Shown: in pieces, positions 12,811-24,600 of the stretch
Layout of the letters: each line of letters starts with the position of its first letter
How positions within the stretch are numbered: position 1 is the stretch's first letter
Made by a program: the position numbers and the translations under genes
Notes under the pieces: model-generated
Database searches by the model: none
What the model was told of the DNA's origin: nothing
What the model saw: only the letters and a program-made list of their open reading frames with translations
Assembly: GCF_963676685.1 (NCBI RefSeq)
Contig: NC_092351.1
Span: 9,362,001 to 9,426,000, forward strand
Direction of reading: 5' to 3'
Origin: Mytilus edulis
Lineage: Eukaryota
Length of the DNA: 64,000 nucleotides

Positions 12811-14124
12811 CCGAAGATTAGGACGCTATAGAGATTTTACCAAGTACCTTTGACTTTTTTCAAAAGTTAGAAACCTTCCACTCGTGTCATATCTTACTCG
12901 TATAATAACAACTATAGAATTCCTACACCTTCTTATAAATCATAAACCCAAACGTTGCATCGCAACATTTTACACTTTAATTAACAAAACCATACACTAA
13001 GAAAAATACACAGCCATAAAATAATTTAACATGTACTTTATGCTGTTGAAAATCACAATTGTGTGATTCAGGATTAAAAATGCGTTATTTCTGAACCAGA
13101 TCTATCTTTGCCACTGAATTATAGAAAAATATTATCCAACAAGCAACCAATCAATCAATCTGATAAATCCGAACAATGCTAAGCAAGCACTGATTGCATA
13201 AACACTTCATTTTGCAAACCAAATTAAATCACATAAAAAAATAGTTAGTTGTAATGTATTGCCATTAAAATTTAAAAATTAACTTTAAAGATTTGAACAA
13301 ATTGCGAGGAATGAAATCCTATTTTATCACACAAAAATATTAACAAGGATGATGATCATACAAGTATTTTATAGCTACACGAGAGACTCAAACAACATAC
13401 ACTTAAGAACTTTACTTTAATAAATCAGGTTGTTAAAAATACATAAATCATAAATCATAGATTAAACATATATAACTAAGTATGATATACTGATAAAGAT
13501 TTTTTTTTGCTTTTCATGCGCCTCGAACAAATATTAAACAATTAATGTTATCTATATAACCGAGCTTATTGTGCTTCTTTAAATCTGTATCCATTTCCTC
13601 TATAGTTGAATCAAGGCAATTAAATTCATATTTATCATTTATTTCTGGTATATTTTAATTATAGTGTGTATTAACATGTTTTTACTTTTATTTGCTGAAT
13701 AGCCGTGTTTACATAAAAAGTTATAATATGACTGTTGAACGAAGAACCACACTATAGTAATTTCGTCTTAAGCAATTATTGTTCACCGTGTAGACGTCAA
13801 CAATTAAAAAAAAACTAACCGTATAGTCGGGTACAGTCTCTATTTTCATTCTCAATTTTATTCCTGAGTCAGAAAAAAAATATTTTGCACCACGGTTTCA
13901 TCTAAGATTGCAACACAGTATATATAAAAAGTAAATTCACAAAAATACTGAACTCAGAGGAAAATCAATTCGGAAAGTTCATAATCAAATGGCAAAATCA
14001 AATAACAAAACGCATAAAAACGAATGGACAAGAACTGTCATATGATGTATTATGTCCAGGATTAAGTATGAAGATTTAGTACGCCTAGGATCAGCTGATC
14101 CTATCTTTTGTTAAGTGGTATATT

Positions 14125-15548
14125 TGTAACACTCCCAAACGTGTCCTTCCCCCCAAACGTGTCCGATTCCCCCAAACGTGTCTTTTCTCCCTAAACGTGT
14201 CCGAAATGTACAATATTCCCCAAACGTGTCCGAATTCATAACCCCCAAACGTGTCCGATAAATGTTATTCGCCAAAACGTGTCCAATATTTAACGCCAGA
14301 ACGTTTCATGTCTTTTAGCGTTAATACATGTATCTCCTAAATAAAATCGCTGATAACGTTGACGACAATTTTATAATGGGGACACAGGTGACAAAGTTTT
14401 TATTTAATAGCTTTATTTAATTAAATGGAGGTTTTTAATGAATATCATAATTCAAAATTTAATCTGTAATTGTTAATTAATTTTTGACTGAAATTGCTTA
14501 TTGTTCAGTTGCAAGTATTTCAAACTCATTAAGAGCGAACCTGCACATAGTCATAGAGTTGAATTAATCGGTGACTTTGTAAATTATTTTGTACTTATAA
14601 ACTCCAATGATGCGTTTTAAATTTATCCGAATATTGCCTGGCGGGAGTTAAGCCGCATTTTTTTTTAAACTTTTGTTAATAGTTCTCCATCTGAATTTGT
14701 GTGTATTTCATAAACTCATCAAATCATAAACTGGTTATCCGTTTTTTTGATAAATTTTAGGTTTCCAGCATCACTAAAGAGACACGATCAAGAGACATAA
14801 CGTCCAGTGCCAAATATTTCATGCATTGGTTTTATAGATTCTTTTTATCAATATGAATGTTATGTGATCAACGCCGGTTATTAGTGGTTACCGTAATTAC
14901 AAATTTAATTTGCACTGTATAAATTCACTTTCTAGACTGTTGATAGCGTATTGTCCAGTTGCAAGTACTCTATGGATATTTAGAGCGAAATAGTTTTACA
15001 TTTGCTGAATAAATTAACTTTAAACTGATGATTGTATATTGTCCAGTTGCAAGTATTTCATATATATTAAGAGAGAACATAGGTTACAAGTTTTTATTAT
15101 TTTACATTTGTACTGATGCATTTATTTTAGAATGTTGATCGTCCAGTTGCCGGTGTTTCACAATATTTAGAGAGAACATACAAATTTTAATGTTCAGAGA
15201 AAGGGACACTTTCATCCGTTAACTGTACAGTTTAACTAAACATGTTTGCTTACAATTTACATACGACATAGCCGAAATGACGCCCCCACTTTTATTTTTC
15301 GTGAAATGGTAAAATTAGTATACATTAATGGAATAGCAATAACCAAATAACGCTTGATATGGACACGTTTTTGGGATTGGACACGTTTGGGGGTTTGTTG
15401 AAAATCGACACGTTTGGGCGTTTATACAAATCACACGTATTGGCGATGTTTTTAACTAGACATGTTTTGCAGTTCAGTGACGTCAATATGGACACGTTTG
15501 GGGGAATCGGACACGTTTGGGGGGAAGGACACGTTTCTGAGTGTTACA
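14125..15548. mobile_element. Non-autonomous TIR element with TGT...ACA termini and 4-bp TSD (Ginger-like)
   Basis: TATT|TGTAACACTCCCAAACGTGTCCTTCCCCCC ... GGGGGGAAGGACACGTTTCTGAGTGTTACA|TATT. The ~180-bp TIRs are built from repeated CCAAACGTGTCC motifs. No transposase ORF. Confidence 0.8.
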
Positions 15549-17198
15549 TATTTACTATGCAGTAAATTTAATATGTTTTTTTCATTCGTATTAAAATGTG
15601 ACAACTCAAAATCTTACAATCCCCAGCTGAAAACCGAGGCTAACATTATACCATTACAAAAGCTTTGAAAGGCATTGAAGAAAGTAATTGTTATCCTAAG
15701 TGTTGCATGCTTAAACGTGCTAGCTATTTCCAAGTCTTAAAAGTCGATCGTTTGGTCTTATCAATTTGTATGGAATTCTCGGAGTTTGAAATTAACAAGG
15801 AACAAATATGTGTAGACCTTTTTTAAATTATGAATACAAATCAGCTTTCTAATCAAATATATATCATTATTCAACAATGACTTCTGACGGATGTCGCATT
15901 TTCACTACAAGCAAGTAATTCGAATATACAAGACTCAAATATTTTATCTCCTTTTTTTCAATTTGGTTTTATTTGTTTTTTGAAACATTTTCTGAAAACA
16001 AAATTACTGTTGTCCATTTCAATAACCGGTATTGTATTAAAGTTTCTATTAACCTTATATAGATTGACACTTCACAACTAGATCGAGCTAGAAATTGTCA
16101 TGGATTTTAGGTTGATATTCTACCAATCAACATTGACGGTCTTTTGAACAGTTATCCGTCAAACAGTACAACACAAATTAACATTGTAACAATATAAGGT
16201 ACAGGTAAGGAGATACTATCATATAATAAAGTAATCTTATATTTCCACCAATTAATGATGCTATCAGTCTATTTTGAACGGTACTTAAGGTGAAATATTC
16301 AAATTTAAAAAAAAAGTCATTTTATTTCTTATACAATACAATGTTAACGGTTTAAATTCTTTAGAATGTTTTTATTTTTTTCAAAAAAGCAATTATTAAC
16401 TTTTAATAACATTTTAAATAACATCTTCATATAATATTCAATTACATCTAGTATATCAGATGTCTTGAACAGCTTTTTAATTTGACCATTTGGTTCTGAA
16501 AGCATACTTCGTATGAATCATACGAACAGGAAATAGAAGGATCATGCATTCAGCTGACATAAAGGGGTCTATCTCGTCTAACGTCAACCTCTAAGTTAGA
16601 CTGTCACTGTGTAAGTCGTCATATAAACATATAGAAGATGTTGTATGTTTGCCAATGAGACAACTATCCACCACAGTTCAACTGAAGTGGGTGTAAGCAA
16701 TTATGGGCAAAGGCACGGCATTCAACAATGAAAACCTGTACCGTTAAGACGGCTGTAAAAGAACAGTATAACAATATAACACATTAACAATTCAATTGGG
16801 AAAACTAACGGCCTAACTTTGTAAAATAATTTACGAAAAACAAATAGAATAGACATGAATCAACGACAACGATGAAACTACAGGATCTTGACTTTGGACA
16901 GTCACATAAGGAATATGTTTAGCGGAGTTAAAAATGTTTGCGATCTCTCAATCCTCCCCCTAACGACTTGGGTCTTTTGATGGAGCATTGCTTTTTAATT
17001 TATTGTCGTTTTATTAGATAGTTTATTGTACAATAATACTTGCTCATGCTGGTAGTAATATACTGAAATCAGCACTTGAAAAAGAAATTTGAAGATCCTG
17101 ATTTGATTTTCAGCGATTAGAACGAAGGCTTACATTGATAATGTCTAGGCAAGTAAAATTTTTATCATTTTGTTTTAACAAAATTATGGTTTCATACA

Positions 17199-17545
17199 GA
17201 AAAGAAATTGAGAACGAAAACGGCGAATATGTAAAAGAGACAACAACCCAGCCAAAGAGCAGACAACAGCCGAAGGTCATCAATGGGTCTTCAATGTAAC
17301 GAGAAACTCCCACAACCAGAGGCTTCCTTCAGCTGGCCCCTAAACAAATATGTATATTAGTTCAGTGATAATAAACGTCATACTGAACCCCGAATTATAC
17401 ACAAGAAACGTAAAATTAAAAATCATACATGACAAAGGCCAGAGGCTCCTGACGCAAAATGTAGCGGGGTTAAACATGTTTTTGATATCTCAACCCGTCC
17501 TCTATACCTCTAGCCAATGCAGAAAAACAAACACACAACATTAAG
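17199..17545 (-). repeat. Dispersed repeat family A (aattgagaa..gg...tgtcaaagagacaacaaccc...); this insertion is copy 1 only
   Basis: Related copies at ~18505, 18757-18908, 28367-29000, 45235 and 50840. Empty site in copy 2 at ~44513. Probably retroelement 3' ends; family not established. Confidence 0.65.
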
Positions 17546-19122
17546 CCGGTTAGTGTCAGGGTGAAGTTTTATTTTTGAGTCGTTATAAAGACTGAACTAA
17601 TTTGTTATAACGACCTACCTTATCTAACTCGTTGGTGTATTTGGTTGAATTGTTTTACATTTTTTCATGTCGGGTCATATCATTATTTGACTTTACGGTA
17701 TGGGTTTTGATCATTGTGTTGACAACCTTCGGAAACCTTCACGTTATGTAAACTCTGTTGATATAATATATAGCTTATTCTTTCTATAACTTACTGATTA
17801 TAAAAAGAGTACTAACAAGTTAGAATTTCTTACCAGAATACCCATTTATCTGTTTATGTTATTGCATCATCATGTTATCTTGTGTTAACTAAGTGATTAC
17901 ATTAACACGTATCACCACCCTAAGCGCAACAAAAATCTGACAGATTTTGTTTGAGTCAAATCAACCCGGAACGTATATAAACAGTATAGTATTTCTTCTG
18001 ATGCAGTAATAAATAAGCAATTGACACCTATCAGGATGAATCTTAGTAATAAACTGTTAATAAATTATTTTTACTTTTATGGTATTAAAAAAATCTTTAC
18101 ACATAACAAACTTGAAAACAAACACAGAATTTGAGGCCAAAATACTGTACATTTTCTAATAGGAATATACACGGTATCAACACCTTTTGATATTGTCGTT
18201 CAACTTACTGGAACGGTTCCAACAACAACATTAATCCTGTTTACCTTATCCATGTCATTTTCTTTTTTTTCCTCACAAAATAAAGGTCCTTTTTACACAT
18301 CCTATCACAAAAAGAAAGAAGCTGAAGATTTCATGTCACTGGGTGCCCGTATATTCTTCTGTTCGGCCATTCGTTATATACATTATATGTCCTCTGTTTT
18401 AGATTTTCATGGCATTGAATGGTATTTGTAATCTCCTGACATAAGTTGTGTTTACTGAGTGAGCAATCGCTATAATTAATAGGTTTTGAATGAAAATTTA
18501 AATTTAAATGGAAAATGAAAATGGGGAGTGTGTCAAAGGGACAACAACCCGACCAAAAAGTAGAAATCAGCCCAAGGCAATCAATGGTTCTTCAACACAG
18601 CGGGAAATCCCACATTCAGAGGCAACACATGTTAAGTCGGTCAAAAATTTAACTAAAGCCGTATGCATTTTAAGATTTATCAACATTATACTATTAATTT
18701 CGTTTGACGTAAGACGTTTCTTTGCGATGTTTCAACTAATTGTACCTCGATATAGAATAAAATTGAGAAAGGAAATGGTGAATATGTCAAAGCGACAACC
18801 ACCCGACCATAGAGCAAACAACAGCCGAAGGCAACCAATGGGTCTTCAATGTAGCGAGAATTCCCGCACCCGTAGGTGTCCTTCAGCTGGCCCCTAAAAT
18901 ATGCATAATAGTCAACATAAGAAGCTATGTCATTTTGGAGAGATACGATCTACCCAATCTGATAAATAAGTAAAATTACTAAGAAAAACAGAACTCAAAG
19001 GAAAATTAAAAAACTGAAACTCTCTCATCAAATGGCAAAATCAAGAGCACATCAAAGAAAAAAAGATGTATTTATTTGGCTGTGTTGTGTATATTGAAAA
19101 AGACTCGGCAATGTCCGCTACG

Positions 19123-19345
19123 AAAAAGTAAAACCAAAAATAAATACTGAACTCCGAGGATTATTCAAAACGGAAAGTCCCCAATCAAATGGTAAAATCA
19201 AAAGGTTAAACACATCAAACGAATGGATAACAACTATCATATTTCTGACTTGGTACAGGCATTTTCTATTGTAGAAAATGGTGGATGGAACCTGGTTTTA
19301 TATATAGTTAAACCTCTCATTTGTATGATAGTCGTATCAAATTCG
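19123..19345. repeat. Dispersed repeat family B (aaaaagtaaaatcacaaaaatactgaactc...gaggaaaat...ctgacttggtacaggcatttt)
   Basis: Related copies at ~2365, 13927, 18970, 34795, 42115, 43537, 45720 and 45880. Confidence 0.75.
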
Positions 19346-21440
19346 GACGGGGATCCGAAGACAAATCAACATTCTTCTGTGATGCGAGTTTCACAACTTT
19401 ACGACAATGTATAGGGTTTATTGGTGGCCTGATACAAAGAAAAATTGTTCGCCTTTTCCAACATTTCATCAACTTTTCGTGGCTCGTCTTGTTCCATAGA
19501 AATCGACCAATTATGAAAAACCAATATTTGTGGTGTCATTTTTGTTATTTGTGTTCTCGTTCTGGATATGAATGAAAATACTTTCAACTGGACGTTATCT
19601 GAATAATAATCGATTAATCGCGATCAATATAATTGAGGTTCCTGGGATCCATATAGATGTTACAAAAAAGTGTTATCAATGTATGGAATTTACGACCAAT
19701 AAATAGGGCCTTCATATTTTTACAAAATATACAGAACAACTCAAAAATCATTAGCTAATTAATAAATAATAGTGTTTTCCTCTTTGGTATGTATGTACAT
19801 ACAGCCAATTTTTTCATGTTTGTGACATACAGTGTACACTACAAAAAAAACCCACAAAGTGTAAAGAAAGATTTGAGTTCAGACATAATGATTGTTTATT
19901 GCAGTGCATATGCATCATTTCTAGGGAAATATCTTGAATTCTTCCTCGGTTCATCTTATTGGCAGTGTCAACAAGTGTCAACAAGAGCTAAGTTTAAACA
20001 TCTGTATCGATTGTTATAATATAAATATCACATCGCAAAACTGTTTCTCCTTTTTTTTTTTGAAAGGTATAATTCGTGCTAGTATCGTCCTTAGTAATTT
20101 AGACAATAAATTAGAAATATGAAATTACTTTTCTACTTTAGTGTATAACCTCGATTCTTTAGCATACGACAGAGTACATCTCAGATGTACATTACGGGCA
20201 AATGTGAATTGAAAAAAGTGACTATAAGTATCATATTTCTGGTTTAAAAACATATATTCGTGATATATTATGAATTTTTAGATAAAAAGGAACGTTATAA
20301 AATGTCAAAATATCAGCTTTTATTACCCTTTCAAAAAGTGTAAAAGGTTTGGTGGGCTACATACTCAGGTGTTCAGGAGATATAGTATTCCTTCTTTATA
20401 TCACAAATTATAATATGATCTTCGTCAGCTTTGTGACTGTTCGATGTCATTACCTACAAACATTAGAATATACAAGACTTTAAAAAAATAAGATGTCTTT
20501 AGTAATCATCGCAATAATTCTATTGATTGATTGCTTGTTGGTAATTAACTCACATTAAAGCACTCTCAGTTTGAATTGTTGGAAAACACTGGAGTACCCT
20601 AAGAGAACCAATGACATTCGACAGAAACACTTGCAATCATATAGTCAATTGAAATAGGGATCGAACTCACAAACTCAGAGTTTGCAGGCTAGTTTATATA
20701 CACTACATGGATCAAGGCAAACGAGAAAGTTTTATTGAATTTTCAGACATGACTGGAACTGAATCAAAGTCGATTTTTGTGCTAAGAAGTAAATGAGTTG
20801 CGTTAAAAAAAAACTATGAAATACTATATGAAAAATATCAAAAAAGAAAATTTGGCACACTCGTAACTGATATAATATAAAAGCACGAGATACAGAAAGA
20901 TGGAAACAATACTGAACATCCCTTTTGGTATAATATTCCTTACCAACTACAAAAACCTAGCATTTTTGTTAAACATATTTTCTTATTTAATCAAATGGTC
21001 TTTTTATAAGAAATCTTGATGTAGCTACATGTATAGGTGTTGTAGTTGTTACAGTTTTTTTTAATATACACCAGCTAGACAAGCAGCGACATGATAAAAG
21101 CCATATTATATTACTTTTATAAAAAATGATGCAAAAGATACCAAAGGGACATTCGAAATTTATAGAAAATCAAATGACAACGGAATGGCAAGAAGAAAGA
21201 AAAAATACCAACAGACAAACAACGGTTACCAAAGCACACAATTGAAAACTAAAGACTGAGCAAAACGGACTGGACTCCCTACAAATCCCTGGGGAGATCT
21301 CATGTGCTCTGGTAATTAGTTATGTATATTTTATGTGATACCATATAACTTCAAGTCATCAGCATCCGAATAGGACATTTGGTACTATCGTGTGTGTTTA
21401 AATTATCTTTTGCATCAAATCATAGTAAATGATCAATCAT

Positions 21441-21634
21441 TGTCGTGAATATAGGCCAAGAGACTTTAGATCGTTTTCTTATGTAATTGTTTCCCGTACT
21501 TTCGCGTACACTATTGTTAATGTAACGTAACGTTATTGTTACGTATATATATATATCATCTTACGATCATAAAGCATCTGAACTAGCAAGACGTTATTTT
21601 TCTTCCACTACAAAAGTGAATAACCCTCAAGATA
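21441..21634 (+). repeat. 5' LTR (TG...TA)
   Basis: tgtcgtgaatatagg...taaccctcaagata; identical by eye to 27110-27303. Confidence 0.95.
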
Positions 21635-21635
21635 T

Positions 21636-21647
21636 TGGTGCCGTGAC
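21636..21647 (+). promoter_or_regulatory. Primer-binding site complementary to the tRNA-His 3' end
   Basis: TGGTGCCGTGAC lies one base after the 5' LTR and is complementary to ...GUCACGGCACCA. Confidence 0.85.
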
Positions 21648-21664
21648 GAAAACCTCAACTAGAG

Positions 21665-24600
21665 ATGAGTTCGAAACTCAAAACAGTACGAGCCGCACAT
21701 CGACGAGCAGTAATAAAGCTACTGAAAAAAGCAGACCCGACAGAAGAACCGCAACAAGATGTTGTCAACCTCAAATCCATGATGGAGCTTATCAAAACCA
21801 AGAAACAGACATTGTCCGACCTCAATGAGAAGATTTTAGAATCTATTGAAGAAGAAGAAGACCTCGACGAAGAAATTGAAGAAGTTGACAGATACGAGTT
21901 AGAGATTCAAATTGGAATAACGAAAATTGAAAAGTTCATAAAAGAAGTAAGTGTTAGTCAGTCTAAAAATCAATCAGCTCTTAACCCTAATGCATCAGAT
22001 TTTATATGCAATAACCCCAGCGTTCAAGAACATTCTAACCAGATAATTTTCAACTCAGAGCAGACAAGCCTAAGCCAGTCAAGCATGCCCACCTCCACAG
22101 TGTCAAGTCATTATAACAAATTGCCTAAACTCAACTTGCCAACTTTCGGCGGAAATCTATTGGAATGGTCAGCCTTTTGGGATTCCTATAATAATTCCGT
22201 ACATGAAAATCCTTCATTGAGTGACGTGCAACGATTTAATTATTTAAAATCGCAACTTTATGGAGAAGCTAGCCAGTGTATTTCGGGAATGCAAATGACT
22301 AATACAAACTATAATCAAGCAATACAAATTCTACACGAGAGATTTGGCCAACAACACAAAATAGTAAACGCATACATGCAAAATTTGCTAAATTTGCCTG
22401 CACCAACGCCCGGAATTAGGGGACTGAAATCGTTCAGTGACACAATAGAAAGTAATATACGTGAATTAGAAGGAATGGGTCGATATCAGGAATCGTACGG
22501 AAGCCTTTTAATACCACTAATACTCAACAAGCTTCCATGTTTTGTCAGACAAAACATTACTCGAGACCACGGTAATGATGATTGCGATATTTCAAGTTTA
22601 CGCAAAGCAATAAAGAAAGAAATTTGTATCCAAGAGGCCGCTAACGCCAATCCTATTGAAACCGATATTATCCCCACCGCATCGTTCGTGACAGAAACTA
22701 CAAATAAAAGATGGAAGTCAACAGGGTCTAAAGATAGTAACAACAATAGTTCCGTTAAGACTAAAAGGCCGTGTTTGTTTTGTCAAAGCCCGCATCACCC
22801 AAATGAATGTACAAAGATCACCGATATAAACGCCCGCACCCAAATCGTAAAGGAAAAACGAGTTTGCTTTAACTGTTTCGGTAATCACAAGGTTTCGGAA
22901 TGCAAGTCAAAATACAGTTGCCGAAATTGCAGTAAGAAACATCACAGTAGCATCTGCCGTAATAATTTACTAAATGAAAACTCCACTTCAAATGAAAATA
23001 AAGCCGTAACAAAACCTGTCAACGAAGAGCTTCAAAGTACCACAGAAACAAAGAGCGCCGCTATGCATTCTGCAGTTACAGCACATACCGAAATTCTATT
23101 GAAAACCGCCGTAGCGCCCGTATGGTACCATGATGAAAGTGTTATGACTAACATTCTACTCGATGAAGGCGCCCAGAATTCATTTATTTCTCAAGAACTA
23201 GTAGAGAAACTCCATATCAAACCAACTGGTATAGTAAGCATGCAAATTTCTGCATTTGGCGGGAAAGAAGGTGATGTACGCAACCTGGAGAAAGCAACAT
23301 TATCCATTGAGACCGAAAGAAAAGAAAGAATTCCAATGGAAGTAATTATTGTTCCAAAAATTGCCGCACCGATACATATGAAGAAACGGGTAAACATTAA
23401 CAGCTTGCCCTATTTACGAGGATTACAACTTGCCCACCCAGTCACGCAGGATGAAAAGTTTTCCATTTCACTTCTCGTTGGAGCAGACTATTACTGGTCT
23501 TTAGTACAAGATGAAATTATTCGAGGTGACGGACCAACAGCTGTTAAATCTAAAATAGGCTATTTGCTATCAGGACCACTGAACACAGATATCAACACTC
23601 AACAATGGAACTCTACGATGATGAATGTCTTAGTTGCGCACAAACCCGAGGAGTGCGATTTACAGAAATTTTGGGAAATTGAGTCGAGCGGATTAGAGGC
23701 GGATTCTGATGAAAACACAAAAAATGTACAAAACCTAATGCTTGAGTACCAAAACTCTAGCATAACATTTAAGGAAAATAAATATGTCGCAAAACTACCA
23801 TGGAAACAAGATCATCCCGAGTTACCCACTAATGAATATATAGCAAGAAGGAGGACCCAGAATGTTATAGATAGGTTGGCTAAAGATCCGGATATGTTAA
23901 ATCTATACGACAAGATTATCAAAGAACAGGAGATGAAAGACTTCATAGAAAAGGTACCCATTACAGAAATAGATCGCGAGCATGGAAGAATCCACTACAT
24001 ACCACACCATCCCGTTAAGAAAGATTCAAACACGACCCCTATTAGGATTGTATATGACTGCAGTTGCCATGGAAATCCAGATTTACCCAGCCTTAATGAC
24101 TGCCTATCTTCAGCACCACCTATTTTAAATAAATTGACAAGCATACTTACAAGATTTAGATTAGGAAAATATGGCATCACAACGGACATAGAAAAAGCAT
24201 TTTTACAAGTAAGACTTGACAATGATGACCGAGACGCCACACGTTTCTTTTGGTTATCCGATTCAACTGACCCAACAAGTGAATTGATTATGTACAGATT
24301 CAAAGTTGTTCTTTTTGGAGCAACGTGTTCGCCGTTTATTTTAAACGCAACATTACTGAAACATTTATCCACGAGTCAGAGCAAAGTAGCAACAATTCTA
24401 CAAGAAGATCTATATGTTGACAATGTACTATCTAGCATTAACTCGGAAGAAGCCACAATTAAATACTTCAATGAATCCAGAGAATTGCTAAAACAGGGAG
24501 GCTTCAACTTACGTTCATGGATGTCGAACAGCGACAAACTCAGAGATTTAGCCTTATCGGAAAAAGTACTGGATGCAGACAAGGTGACAAAAATATTGGG

